Source: Azolla caroliniana
Taxonomy: Eukaryota > Plantae > Polypodiophyta
Direction: 5' to 3'
Assembly (NCBI GenBank): GCA_043228905.1
Contig: JBHGNT010000020.1
Coordinates: 15,562,001 to 15,626,000 of the forward strand
DNA length: 64,000 nucleotides
Part shown: positions 1 to 14,800 of the stretch, piece after piece
Layout: the number at the start of each line of letters is the position of its first letter
Position numbering within the stretch: the stretch's first letter is position 1
The notes under the pieces: model-generated
Told to the model about the DNA's origin: nothing
Seen by the model: only the letters and a program-made list of their open reading frames with translations
The model's database searches: none
Position numbers and translations under genes: made by a program

Positions 1-3000
1 TTTCTAACTTTCTTAAGAGACTGCCTTGAAGTTTTACAGCCTTTCTTATGGGCAAGTTGAGTTCTCCATTTGTTTGGTAGGTCCTGCATAATGAGAGAAT
101 TGAGTTGAAACCTCGATTGCATTATGAAACTCAATATTACGTTTACATGATAATGCAAAATAAATTTTAGTTGTAGTAAACAGAAAGAATTGGGCACCTC
201 ATATACTGACTCCATGAAATGTTTCCAAATCAGTGCAGCATGAGAAGCTCCAGTGCCTATCAAGAACAATTCACAGGTTTTAAAAATATTAAAAACGACA
301 ACATGATAATAAACTTCCCCAAAAATCACAACCTGGATGGTGGTTGCTGACACAGCTATTGTCATCATATCCCTGCCACACCTGGTACAAGAATAAATTA
401 TCCATGACATCATTCTAGATTCACTTAACACTATTCTAAACCTCAGAAATAATCTATTTCTTCTATGAACTTCTTACCAAACAACTAAGATATGGGGTGA
501 AGCCTGCAAACCACGCATCATGATGTCCACTTGAGGTTCCTGACATCCCAGCAGCACACATTCGAGTCTGTGCACTTTTCCCACTTCCTCTCTGGAGAAC
601 CGCCTGCCACATGAAGACGAATCCTGAGAAAAATATGAAATTGTATCGAAGTCTTTTACATGTAAGAGTTACCTGCAGCAATTTATGTAGCTCTATAATT
701 GCATGTTCACTAACAACTCGATCATTATGGGAGACATGATGCTGCATTGAATAACATAGAGATAGAAATGAACAAATGATTGAGAATTCAGATTTACGTT
801 CAACACAAAAAACTGCTGCTTACCTTTTCCAAGATTTCACCCTCTTTGGTTTCGATTTGGGTGATTAGGTATGGCTTGTGAAAATTGCCTCTAGCAGCAA
901 TGGTGGCGTACACAGTTGCTAATTCAATCAGAGTGACCTACCAGTATGGAAGATAAAAAAACATGAAACAAGAATGTTGGTATCTTTCATCCATATGAAG
1001 TTTCAGGAAGCACTTGAAAAGTCTCAGCAATATGCAAGCAAAACAGAGATCCATAAATTATTTGCCAAATTTTACCCTTTAAAGATAATGGAACACAATA
1101 AATAGCGCCTTATTCTACCCTTTTCCACCACAATCAGTTGTAGATGTCTACAAATCTAGGCTGTGGCTCTCATCACAAGTACATTTGATAATAAGCATAT
1201 CATGCACTGCTCTTGTGTGGTTGATAAAGACATTAGATCAAGTGGCAGTCTTAAATTTGAATATTTCATCATATTACATCACACTAGGTCATGGACTGTG
1301 CTTTGATTTTGGATCAATAAGAACAGCTAATGGGTATTCACATTGAAACTACACCTGGATTCAACCTAAATCGTGGACATCTTTCTATATTCAAATGATG
1401 ATGCACAACACCTGTTGGCATCATAAAATTCTGGTTGCGGCAAATGCAAGGTGACAACAAGCCAATGATGAGATGGTTTTAAATTTCAGTGACATATAGT
1501 CGATCTCTACCGCAGGTTTTCACATAGATGTAAAAAATCAGTAAAGACTATGAATCCATTTTGGTATTTTCTTTTATTGATAAATAGTAGAGGATAATGC
1601 AACAAACCCTAAACATGAAGCCCAAATTCTAGAGAACAAGCAATGACTCTTTTTTTTCTGTTTTAGAATTAAAACCCATATATAGAGTTTCCATCAAAAC
1701 CAATTTTAGCCATGACATTTTCTTGCCTTTTTATTCTCTTCTGATCATAAATCAGTTATGATCCCTGCAGATTTTTGCATTAACAAATGCCACTCTTCAA
1801 ACAACATAGCTTAGCCCTCTCACTTATCCACTCATTGCTTTCAAGTGAACTTACGTATGCCTCACTTACAGTGATTTTGTAAGGCACATGTTTACAATTG
1901 GATGCACAAATATCAGAATTCAATGCTAACTGGACCAATGACACGCCAATCCATGGCCTACCATGGTTCCTCTGGTCTATGAACCATCCAAAAGAGAACA
2001 AAAATGTAACACCTCATGGTGACAGTTGAACAAAGCACAGTGGTAATCAAGGTAGAAAATATTACTCACCAAGCATGTACAAGCCTTCTAACTATGTACG
2101 ACTGAGGCCACAAGATTTATAAATCATAAAGTTAGCCAACTTAGGTTTCACACTATTGCCCTTTGGTCCGGCTGCCGACTTCATCACAAGACTATATGCA
2201 TGCTAGGTCACATTGCTAGTGATATTATGTAGCTATATGCAGTATAGGAGGCCAACATTGCAAAGGTAAGGTACACTAATTCTCTTTTATTCTAACTTAG
2301 ATTTTTATTACTCCAAATATGCACAAAGAGTAGGTTTCACTCTATGATATGTACTGTGATAAAATTGTTCTGAACAGTTGTAAGATGCCAAAGAGGGTAG
2401 TAGCTGCTTAACAATAAATATAAAAAAAGCATGGATTTTGAAACCCCTGCATTTATGAAAGGAGATAAAATATTCCTAGGTGCATAATGAGTTAATGTAG
2501 CGGAGGAGTGGACAAAGCAAGAAAGATATATTAACGTCTTTTAAGAGGCCAAAATGGCCCATAACACAAAACAAGAGATTAAATCTTAAGTTTGTCTCGT
2601 CTTTGAGAACAAATCATCAAAATAAATAAATGTTACTAAGTAAAAAAAGTAAATAAGATAAAAACTAAAGAATTTTGTTATCAGTATATGTAATATTCCC
2701 CAAATATATTGTAATTTTTTACTTCAAAATATCTCTAGAATAGGTCAATTTAGAATGGAGGTCTCCACAGCAAGGGAAGCACTCATGATGGCAGGAGATA
2801 ATGGACTTTGTCTGATGATGACAAGGGTGGCGAGATCATGGTTCATGGAGCCAGGGCCTATGTGCACCACAAATTGCTATTGCCTGATCTATTGTAACCC
2901 CGTTCTTATGTCCTGGTTGGGAGCCCATTCTGTAAACCTTGATTGACTTGTAGCATGAGTAGGAGTGATGGGTCTAATGAAAGCTGTGATTGTTCTTTGT

Positions 3001-6000
3001 TGTCGAGCTTGTATAGCTGTATTGTTGTCCTTTTAACAACTTTTCCCTCTCTCTCTCTTGAGTTCTAGCAACGAAAGTCCCAATGACCATTGGTCCATCA
3101 TATTCCATTACTTTGCATAGCGAGCCATAGCCTTGTTTAAAAAGGCAATGCTATCTCACTCTTGTTTCAAGTAAATCTTGAGAGAGAATGTGCAGAGAGA
3201 TTACAGAAGGGAGAGATCAGTTCTGGGGCTGTCACCCTCCAACATGTAGAAGACTGATATGCATGAGTCATAGACAATGCCTAAATTGGTTAATGACTCC
3301 TATGTGCAACCATGGAAGCAACTTGCAATGCCACTGTATAATTTGAAAGTGAAAAAGGACCTTTAACCATCTACAATGCTTGAACATGAAGAACATCATT
3401 GCCTATGTTAAGCAATAACTTTCTTTGCAACTCTAATGTGGACTCATACTGCAAAGCCGGAAATCAGACTGACAGGAGTATAAAACCGCCACTCGAGAAT
3501 CTATCAACTTAAATATAAACGAATTGCCAGTCGTCGGATACTATTCTCGGAAAACTTAAACCTAAGAAAGTTACCTATACAATGGAATAAGTTTTTCAGC
3601 AAATCAGATAGTTTGAGAATCCTTATAATTCTCAAGAGATCTGTTTGAGATAGAAACCAACAAAGGGCTCACTATCATGCTGTAGCTATATATCATGGTA
3701 CTGAAATAAAAATTGATTGCATGAAGATCCTAAAGAAATATTGTCACCTAGAACTTCACAGTTTTGGTATACAAGAAATAATCCTTGTTTCACAATTTCC
3801 AGACATTTTTATGTACCACAAAAGGAACTCTGTCATCAAAATGTTTCATCAGATATATACAAATATATGCAGATCTGACCTGGGAAGCATCGACTGACTT
3901 GATTGATCTAATGTTTTCATATCTATTAGATTTGTTCAAATCTGCTTCTTGCAGGAAAACAAATTCATTGCATCTTACAGAAGTTGCTTCATATGAAGAT
4001 AGCTTGCCTTGAATTGGCCTAAACCTAATGTGAAATCAGATGGAAGTGGTGCAGTGATCCCCAAAAGCTTTCCCATCATACGAACCTGCACATCATATAT
4101 TATTTATTTGCACATTTAGGTCATCAAATCAAAACCCCCCTTCACCAGTTATTAAGACAACATTAGATAATTATAAACATGTCCCACTTACTTTATCAGT
4201 ACCAACTTTCTCGCAAAGTCTCACTATTGGTGGTGCAATCATAGGTTTCAAAACCAGATTCTCTGGTGTGTCCTATGTTGTTAAAGCGATTTTCATTAAA
4301 ATGATTAATAGGAATAGTACAAAGGTACACACAAGTCTAATATTTTATTACAAACGATCCAGGTCTAGAAGAATGATGGATAATACCAATATAGTATACT
4401 CATTACCTTTCCTTCATGTCTTTCTAGCACATCCACAAGCATATCCTTTCTATTTCTACACAGATCCAAAACAAACATTTTTAGCTCTAAACTTGCTGGT
4501 ATTGCCTATTGCTAAAATTTGGCATATGACAACGTGCATACATTCCGTCTGCTAATGCTGCGAGATAAACAACTGGAGAGAATGTTGTGCCTGGAGATCG
4601 ATAAGCCTGGGTAAATTTTAAAATAGACAGATGAGTTCCAGATTCTGCGGTTCAGACCAATTTCTTTACACACATATTTGCAGAGTGTTTTACCCTTGTA
4701 GCCCAATTTGAACTGTTCTTACTATAGTCCCTGCCACCAACTAATACTCGGACACCTCCAGTTGAGGGATCTATCCCAATCATTGATGCTTCAAGCCTGA
4801 TTATTGTTGAAAGTTACTGATTACTAAACCTGACACAGAAAATACTGATTCCAGAATTAATGACCAGCAATATTACAGTACCTCACCCGCACAGCTACTT
4901 CGAACTCTTGTCCAGTCTTATCATCTGGAAACTGCAAAGCATATTCTCTGTGCCAAGCACATTACAAAATAAGAGTCTCATCACTCAAATCTTCAGATAC
5001 ATAATAATAGGTTGAAATGATTCGGAGAACTTATATGTAATCAGCCAGACAGCAACATATTTCTGGTCATGAGAAATAATTTCAATAATCCACGTAAAAG
5101 AAGAGGCATACTGTTATACTTGGAACCTAGCAGAAAGGACTAGAAACTATACAAGGAAATCTATCTCTTTCTCATATGGGAGGAAAAATTATACTATTAG
5201 AAGTTCATGCACAAAATACATGGGCCAAACTGAAAATCTCCAACATGGCAGAAGGTTTGGTTTAACAATACATGGACTCTTGCTTAGAGCAGTTAATCTT
5301 GACTGTAAATGTTACCGATGATGGATTGCTAAGATGACAAGCTCAACCATTCACATTGTGTGTGAATATGTGTGCGTTAAAGTTCACCTTCTTACTCCTA
5401 CCTTTATTATGTGTGTGACCACCCTAGTTGTACCTTAGAGAATAATCGTTATATTCAATGTAAAGGTTATGTGAAGGTAGTCTTGAACATGTGTATGTTA
5501 ACGTTCACCTTCTTGCTCCTACCTTTGTTATGTGTGTGACCAATCTAGTTGTACCTTAGAGAATAATCGTTATATTCAATGTAAAGGTTATGAGAAGGTA
5601 GTCTTATATGAACCAAGCCCCCCTCCAATGGAGAAAGTGTTGGACATCATTGATTTATAGTCGATTTATTAGCACGTGGTTATCAGTGTTCTTGTCATGG
5701 CAATCTTCTCCCAGCTTGTTAATACAAGTTCACAATACCAAGTTGGAAGAAGATGAGCATGGATCTTTGCATTCCACACTCAAGGTGATTGCTTCAAGCC
5801 ATAAAAATCTTACCTTGTAAACTTTAGTTTCTGCACTTGAAATGACAAAACTGGGAGGTTGAGTTACATAAACCTCTTCTTCTAAATCTCCATTTAAGAA
5901 GGCAGTTTTAATTTCCAACTGGTGAATCTTCGATCCTTTATTTGCGGTTGTAGAAAGTGTAGCTCTGATTGTAGCCATCCTTGAAGAAGGAGCGAAGATT

Positions 6001-9000
6001 TCTTCATAGTCATCCCCTCTTTTTGGGAAGTGTAAACACTAAACCCTAAACCGGTTTCTTTTTAGAACAACCTTTTGCTACAAGTCTTGCTTTAAAATAA
6101 TCAAGGCTACCATCCACATCATGCTTGACTTTGTAAATCCACTTGGTGGCAAGCACTTTTCTCCCTTTAGGTAGATCACATAACTCCCAAGTGTTGTTCT
6201 TGTGGATGGACCCAAGTAAATTTCAGCACTAAGAGCATGATGCACATAATGCAGTTCAGCTTGTTGATTGGTTGACCAAGTTTTACCTTGAAGAGGATGG
6301 ATCGATCCTGTAAACTCCAACTACCAGTTTCACATCAATGTGTGAAGGCTAATGCAGATACCTGAGCTTGGGATGGCCTCAAGTGTGTATGAAGGGGTAC
6401 GATGATTTATTTTGATGAAGAGATTTTTCTAGTTATGAGTGATGTGACTGGTGTAATGTGTGAACCAACATCCCCCTCAGGCATCATTTTTGGAGGAAGC
6501 CTCTTTTCATGACAATGGAGCGTTTCTCCAACACAGAAGTTGAATCTCTACAGATATCTGCAGAATGATAAGAGATGTATGATTTCTTTGTCTTGAGTTT
6601 CACCACATATTAGATGTGCCTTAGAAAAGAATATTGGGAATGGGAATGCAGCCGCTAAATCAAATTCTCAATATCTGTGAGCCTAGCAGGCAGGAATATC
6701 TCTCGGTTATCTAAATTCAATGAGTTCTTTCTTGCAAGAACATTGGGAATGCAGCTAAATCGATTTTGCAATGAACATGATTATATCATACAATTATGTC
6801 TATTGTCCATGAGGCAGGACTGAATGCATGCTACCAATATTATTTGTCTTGTAGCAAGCAAAATGATGAAGTAGACTAAATGCAAGTCGCATGGAAACAA
6901 TAATGAACAGAAAGTAGAAGGATATTTCAAAACTCCATAAACTTGAGGATAAAAAACTGGCCAAATCTATCTCAAATGTTCAGGGTTTCTCATGACGACA
7001 CTATTATGGAACAGGTGTATAATATGATAGATTATAGCATTTGAATTTATCCAGCCACTGCACTTTCACCACCTGAGGTGCAGCTATCAACAACTTAGCC
7101 AATGCTGTACTTAAACTCGTTTAGCTTAATTCTTCTATTTGTTTCCTTAACAGGAATATTAGGAACCCCAGATTATAATTAGTATTCCATCAAATTAAAC
7201 TATTGTATAAAGATGCACATACTCATGATTAACTCTTTGAGAGTTTCCTTTCATTTTATTATCGTGAGCTTTCTCCAATCCCTCAACATTTTCTTGACAT
7301 TCTTCCCTAGCTGTTTGGGTAAAAGTTTTTCTTTGATTATCATATTTATTCATCTCTTCCTCAATTATCATCTCAGCAACGGATTGCATGTGAAGATCCA
7401 ATGTAGTATAAATCTGCAAGATAAACAGTGCAAAGGAAAGTAATAATCAGGAGGTTCTACATTAATAATATACTAGCGTTTTGAGTAAAAAGAAAATATG
7501 ATTATTAATATATAGCTATATAACTGTGACAACCTGTAGATTATCCAATACCTTTAATCCCCCTTCAGAAAGCCTATCATGTCCATACCTTTCTTGTACT
7601 TCAGAAATCACCTACATGACATGCAAGAAGGAACAGCATCATGACATGATGGAAGAAAAGGGTCCCATCATTAAAGGAATCATAACTTAAATAGAGATAG
7701 TGACCCCAAACAATACGTCATTTCAATAATGGCACTTTGCGATGAACAACCTCATCCACAAAAAAGGGAGCTCTACATGATCTTGATTTCATTTCTGTAG
7801 GTCCACTTCGAAGTTCCAAATCTTGACTGATTATTACTTGTGCATGGTTCTTATCTAAGATTCCAGTCTCGACCATCCTCTGTAACGCTCGTCGTTGCGA
7901 TTGTTTACCCCTAGGACAGAAAAACATTTCACATCATATATTCAGCACAACATAAGGTTGTGATGATTTTGAAACGAAATAAAACTGTTGGTGTTGGCCC
8001 TGCTGTCATCATTGAGCATGGGGAAGCTTTAAGGGTTCATACGTATATACTCACCTGCTGGGGTCTCGGAAAGGTGAGAGAATCTCGGGGGCAGGAATCA
8101 TCCCAGCCAGCATTGCACACTCTCCTATCGTCAACAAGAGTGGAGGCTTTCCAAAATAGAAGTTTGCTGCTGCCTCGATGCCATGAATACCATGGCCCCA
8201 ATAAATCTGCAAGCATTTAGTTTTGTTGTAAGTTCTTACCAAAACGCATATTTTCATCATACTATCATAATGGGTGAAAAAGAAAAGGGAAATAAATACA
8301 TAATAGTCAAGGAACACATATGTCAAATGAGATTGGAAAGTTTTGAAACAAACCTTACATAAGTAGGCATGTAATATATCCTGCTTGCTCATCCGAGTCT
8401 CTATAAGAGACGCCAATAACATTTCCAAGATCTTGCGGGTCAATGTACGCTCATTCTTTAAAAACACATTCTTCACAAGCTGAAGCCATCCAACAAAACA
8501 AGCTATAGTTCAACAGGAAATCTACCCAAAATGGGAGCATTTAAGAATATGGATTCCAATAATAAAGACCTGCTGAGTGATTGTGCTCCCTCCACCATTC
8601 CTGGAGAGAGACAAGAGTGCCCGAGCGAGTCCTCGGGGATCAATACCACGATGGCGAAAGAAGCGACGGTCTTCACATGCTACCACAGCTTCCCGCAAGA
8701 CACTAGGAATCTCCAAACTTGCTTTCTTATAATCATAACCAGAGGAATCACCAAAAGTAACAATAACCTCACCATTCACATCATAAATCACATTCTCCTT
8801 TTTCTTCTTATAGCCAGCCAATGCTCCCGAATCACACTCCTCCAAGAAACCATGCCAGCGTTGCACAAAGTCGGGAGGTAGAGCTGACAGTATAGTCTTG
8901 ATGATGGCAAGGGACCCTCCAAACAGTAGAGCCATGGCCAAGGTCCGTATTGTTGGGAGCGATGGCAGAATCAGAGGGTTATTCTTCTGTGCCTCTGCAA

Positions 9001-9253
9001 GAAATTGATTACCGATATCAGCATAATGATGGTTATTAGCTGCAGCAGCAGCGGAAAGGGAGTTGCAGCAAAATTGAGGGTTGTTCCATGTCTGGCGTAG
9101 TGTGTGTTGATGGGAAGCAGCAGCGAGAACAAAACAAGGCAGTGGAATCGCAGGCAGCCTGGGAAGATGGGAGGCCCTTCCTCCACCATCTCCGCAAAGG
9201 AAGCTCTCCATTAGGCACTCCTGATAACCTCTCGATCGATCGCTCGCTCTCAT
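1..9253 (-). CDS. Class A penicillin-binding protein (GT51 transglycosylase plus degenerate transpeptidase), probably plastid-targeted; 3' end runs off the window
   Basis: Exons read by hand with consistent phases: 9253-8570, 8479-8354, 8206-8055, 7910-7751, 7611-7552, 7413-7223, 4947-4882, 4796-4694, 4606-4542, 4455-4407, 4272-4192, 4085-4008 (GC donor), 937-824, 741-673, 603-478, 381-333, 256-198, 83-<1. GT51 motifs EDRRFFRHRG, GGSTITQQLVKN, RKILE, KQDILHAYL. TP-fold segments IDPSTGGVRVLVGGRDY, LGLGQFKVTLIELATVY, DAWFAGFTP, VWQGYDDN. N-terminal extension followed by hydrophobic TLAMALLFGGSLAII. The 7223/4947 junction is the least certain, and the start could be 9253 or 9211. Confidence 0.9.
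5365..5605. repeat. Two-copy tandem duplication, about 120-bp unit, in a PBP intron
   Basis: gttcaccttctt...taccttagagaataatcgttatattcaatgtaaaggttat...gaaggtagtctt occurs twice with a few substitutions. Confidence 0.85.
5730..6620 (-). mobile_element. Degraded Ty1/copia remnant in a PBP intron
   Basis: RT segment [24 protein letters not shown] (ORF 5730..5978). No LTRs recognised; right boundary approximate. Confidence 0.7.
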
Positions 9254-9315
9254 CTAAACGTGCCACATTACTTGTAGCTTTTCCAGAACCATGCGGCTGA
9301 TTTCCTTTCCTCGAT

Positions 9316-9453
9316 TATTTCTTTGGTTTAATTTTATATTGGTGTCTCAAGACAAGACCAAGACCAAGACCAAGACCAGACCAGGCATCAAGAGGATACC
9401 AAGGCATCATTGACTATTTCTTTGGTTTAATTTTATATTGGTGTCTCAAGACA
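9316..9453. repeat. 39-bp direct repeat flanking an (AAGACC)n run upstream of the PBP gene
   Basis: tatttctttggtttaattttatattggtgtctcaagaca at 9316-9354 and 9415-9453. Confidence 0.85.
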
Positions 9454-10610
9454 TGCATGTCATTGCTCAACTAATCCCGTCTGATCTGTATGTTTGATTG
9501 AGGCATCAAATCCTCCTCTTACCAACACGCACAGGTATCACCCTTACTGAAAGGTTTATTCATATTAAATTGCCTACTTGCGTCCATCACTTTTTCTATT
9601 TGGATATTATCCATAATAGTTTCAATGTTCACTTGTCCTACTTTGAATATTATCTATTAGTAACTATTTGGCACTAGTTGTACGATAGTGCTTGTTATGT
9701 GCCCTTCAATATGCCTTATTAAAATTTCCTCCTCTAGATTCCAAAATGGAGAAATCTTCACACGAGGAATTAGGAAGAGCATAAAGACAAGAAAATGAAT
9801 CTGCCCTAACATTAACAATGTTGCATCAAGACAGACAAATGCTGGTAAGAATCACATGAACATTGAAGATTACGCAAAGAATGGGGTGCTTAGTTTCAAA
9901 AACCAGATTTTCCATTTTAACAAGGTTGATATGATAATAATTTTGGACACATGGTGATGGTCTAGATATGTTATTGATAACAAGTATCACAACACAATAT
10001 AAATTTCTGCTATGCATGTATAAGACATTACATCTTCCGTTATTAAAATCTGACAATGTCATATATGTTCATCAAGCTCATAAAAACCAAAGACAGACCA
10101 GTACAAAAGTTGAAAGATCTTCAGCATTATACTATATCACATCAGTGTCCTCCATTATTCATTAGTAAATATGATTTTGTCATAAAATTGCTTTTCCATC
10201 ATGCCACTTATCAATCCAGTGAGGATGGATTGTTCTTGCATTCAACAATTTTACATGCCTCAACAATGTGTGACAGTAGATTCACCAAATCTAGGGTGCG
10301 TTATGAATAGGTTACTTACCATTCCCCTTGCGTTAACTAGGAAAAAGCCAATAAATTACATTGCTTATTATGATAGAAAGAAGTGCAGAAAAGAATCAAA
10401 TGTCACCAAATATGATAACAGATGGAACCAACATATCTCATTAGCAAATCTATCCATAAATCTGATATGTTTTTTGTTTTTCTATCCGTGCTATAAAGAA
10501 AGATTGAAAAATGAGTTGAAAACATTCCAATTTTTTTGTAAATTCTTCCGTAGCTGAGAACAGTTGAAAGTAATTTTGTACTCTTTCTCTTAAGAGTAAT
10601 TGAATGACGA

Positions 10611-10646
10611 GGAGCCACGCGAGGTGGGAATCTCACGTACCGTTCT
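10611..10646 (+). other. Plastid group II intron domain V fragment (possibly ycf3 intron), part of a NUPT
   Basis: ggagccacgcgaggtgggaatctcacgtaccgttct resembles the domain V consensus GAGCCGTATGAG...CTCACGTACGGTTCT. ycf3 lies next to psaA in plastomes, so the ycf3 assignment is inference. Confidence 0.65.
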
Positions 10647-11029
<383 letters not shown>

Positions 11030-11803
11030 ACTAAAGCAATATATAATCAGAGAAAAATACATGAGTTTATGACAACAAAAGTAATAAAATAACACAGGGA
11101 TCATTCCTGTGCTTTCAAACTGCACACTAAAAGGAATCTCCTCGATTGCTCTTTTGAATCCTAATAAGTAATTCTTAACTCAACCTGAACTTGAAAATAG
11201 ATTAAGAACACAATAACTTGAAAAACAATTACTGATAGAATCGTGCATTTGGTAACATATCCAGAGATATTGTTAATCATGGATTCACATCCAATAAATG
11301 AAATATTCACTGCCTACCTTTGTGTCTGTACAACTATATGCTATAAAGTTCTTTAAAGCTTCAATCGACATCCATGTAAAAAAACAGCTTTGTGATTGTC
11401 ATGAAGACATCATGAGAATTTTTTTAAATACAAAAAATAGACATTTTCAAAGAAACACTTCCCAATGTAAATCCAACTCATTAAAATCCAATAAGGAGAT
11501 GAGGACTGGCTATCATAATGTTACCATTTCGATGTTTTTGATGCTCTCCCTCTTATCTGCAAGTGACTTATGAAAATTGCCTCTTCAGTCAATAAAAAGA
11601 TCACCACTGACATCACGAGCAGCACTCACCAATGAACCTCGGGTGAAAAAATTATTTAATTTTCTCAAATAAGATCTATCCAAGCTACAAGGATACCAAG
11701 CCGCTGATGGAAAGATCTCAATTGAATTGAATTTAGAAAGTCGTCCACTACCTTTATTAAACACATCCCCCTCACCGATTAGCACCTCAAAAGGTGGTGG
11801 TTA

Positions 11804-14800
11804 TCAATCTGTTTGCATCCCCTCTCCGTCTTGAAAGGAACCCTTTGTTTCCATGGGTTCATTCGCATGTATTTCACCTCCAGCTTCATTATGAGTCCCC
11901 TCCTTGCCAGGTGCGCCAGGTGCACCTTTTGAATCTGGGTTAGGAGATGCTGGTTTTGGAGCAGGTCGGGGCTTTGTCATGATTGACTTACAGAACCTGA
12001 AACATGTCATGAGAAATCAGACCAGAGAAAGTTTCTACAACTAGGACCAATGAAAACCAAAAAGGATGCAGAAATAATAATAAGGCAAAAAAACATCCAA
12101 AAAACCCAACTTTCTGGATAACTAGCAGGATACTATAAAAACAATTATTGCAATACACCTAGAACATTGTACTACAAGGGAATTTCCACTAATTTCTTGA
12201 AAGTTTTACAACTTGGGTATAAGCATGAATATCCAAAAACATAAACGTCTCTTGGATTTTTACAAAAAGAAAATATAATTATATAAATATTCCTACAACG
12301 TACAACGTGGGCTCCCAAGACTCAAAAACACAATAACCATGATCATATGATATCTCATCCAAGCATGTGGGTGAGAGTAAAATGCCAAAAGATTATTTTC
12401 TACAAACTCAAGAATTGGTCTATACATTATAATACTCACCTATCTAATGTCTCTATCTTTTTCTTCACCTCAGCAGATAGAAGAGTAGGATTTGCTGACT
12501 TTGGAAGCTTCTCTTGGTGGGAAACTTTTTCCTTTAACCAATCTTCTGCTTTGTTACATTCAATTACAACCTGCAGAACAAGTAATCACGAATATTACCT
12601 TGCTAGAAGAACAATGAAGACCAAAGAAAAATCCTTGATGACATACAGAGATAAGCATGCCTTCTCTTTCTCTGCAACTTCAATGTGGTCAAACTTCGGA
12701 TCCTTTGATTTTGCAGCTTCTCTAAAGCTATTGACACAATAGAGCAACTGCTCTATGTATGGTCCACGTGCTTCCTCTTCCTTGAACCTCTCTTCAATGG
12801 GATCCCCCAACTAAATGAAAAACCAGATCAATATGTCCTCCCAATATTCCAGAATCAGGTAGATCAATGGGATTATCACTATACATGTAATTTCAATATA
12901 CATGTCAAAAACAGAAATAATGTTGTAATACTAACCTTCTTAAGCTCTATAAACTTGGAAACATAAACGCCTTTTGTCTCATCGTCACCTTCATTGTACA
13001 GCCAATCTTCTGTCTCTTGAAGCTTTGTAGCCACAATTTCTCGCTCTGCATCAGTAGCATAATCTTTGTACTTCTCATACATCTGCAAACACCAGAAAAT
13101 TGTTGAGAATGTGGCATTTAGCTTTAATATTTCTAATAGATAATGCACAAAATATCAACACCCACGCATGGCTGACATGGCCCCAGGAACCACCAAGCAT
13201 TATAAAGTGGTCTCCCCAGCCTTGCAGGTGGGGGGAGTGTTTTGTAAGATAACAATACCATGGGAAAGGCAATGAAAGCATTACAATTAAGGCAATACAT
13301 AACAAAACCTAGCCATATGAGAGTAAAAGAAAGACATATACCATTAAATGAACAAAATAACCTGGACTTATGAATTATACAACTGAAAGTAAGAGAGTGG
13401 ATAAGTAGATGATGATTAGCATATAACAACACCCACACATGGCCCAGATGCCCCATGGAACCAGCAATTGTTACCATAGAAAGCCAATGAAAGCATGACA
13501 CTAAAGGCAAATCATAACAATGCCTAAAAGTATGTGAGTGAAAGAAAGACATATACCATTATAGAAACAAAACAATCCAGACTACCAAATTAAACAACCA
13601 CAAGTAAAAGGGTGGATAATTAAATGATGATCATCACATATCAACACCCACAGGTGGGTCAACATGACCCAGGCAACCAGCAATCATTACAACGCACTTT
13701 CCCAGCCTTGCAGGATGGGGAATTTAAGATGCTAGAACAAAAGGTGGAAGTGAAATCTAAAATGAATACCCCCAAATTATTATGCTTGATGTCCTCATCT
13801 GTTAGGCAGTACATCACGGCAACATAAGCCACATATTCTCTCTTCCCATTCAATATTCAAATACACTTTATTTTCAATGTGTGAAAGTGTGGGCATGGAT
13901 GGACAGCTCGATTTGAGCTACGGCATCAATCAGCCACACCTTGTTAGTTTTCCCAGTATTGAGTATTAATGTAACCGACATAGTCTAACTTCAATGTATT
14001 TTGTGTTCTCCATTTAGTCAGTAGGGCTTCAAATGTGGCTGAGTAAAACATGAACTTATGTTTTCCTGTGTCATTCTTTTCCTCTATGTAGACATTCCAA
14101 TATTCATCAACATGCCACTTTGCAAATCATTTCTGGATGTCTTGGACAACCTGGATGAAATCTAATGCAATGTCCCTTGCAAGTTGCAACCTTGAGGAGG
14201 GGATTTCGAGGCAGCACACACTATACTTCAGGTATTTCTTAATCCTTGGACAACAAAACTCAAAACCTGAAACATTCTCACTGATGTGCCATTTCCACAT
14301 TCACAGATTATTGTTGACAAATACACATGTGACATCCATGTTATTAGAAATATTGAGAATCGAGTAGATAGGTATATAGAGTTACAACTGCAGAGATGGA
14401 TATATGAAAACAGAATTTCTATTACATATGAGAGTAGTTCAAAAATGGTAGTTTTCCCATGCGCTCACACCTTAGAGCTTAGATAGGATATGGACCGGCT
14501 CACTACAAAATTAGTGGGGACTAATGATCAATCTGACCACTATGTGAGAAAAGTGACTTATAATCTATGTTTGGCCTTAGTATAAATGTGCAAGTCAGTT
14601 GACAGTAGTGGAGATATTCCTTTTCTGTCAACTGACTTGTCATTTAATATGACCCAACTCCCTAGGTACAGGCTAGTGCTAGATAATACTTATCTTGAAG
14701 TCAATGACGCATACTTCAAGACTATGTACATCGTAACTTGCCCACAAAATATTCTAGCTGACTTGATTAGCCAATCCTTTTATCTATTTCTCTCTTTCCT

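Noticed and set aside
2700-3400. Possible TE remnant in the long PBP intron
   Set aside because: No termini, TSD or recognisable protein motif that I can support
7080-7150. Possible extra PBP micro-exon
   Set aside because: All frames reach stops unless weak splice sites are assumed, and 7223 joins 4947 in phase without it; unresolved without RNA data
1-9253. PBP gene as bacterial contamination
   Set aside because: It has about 17 spliceosomal introns, plant TEs inside introns, and is contiguous with a plant Hsp110 gene
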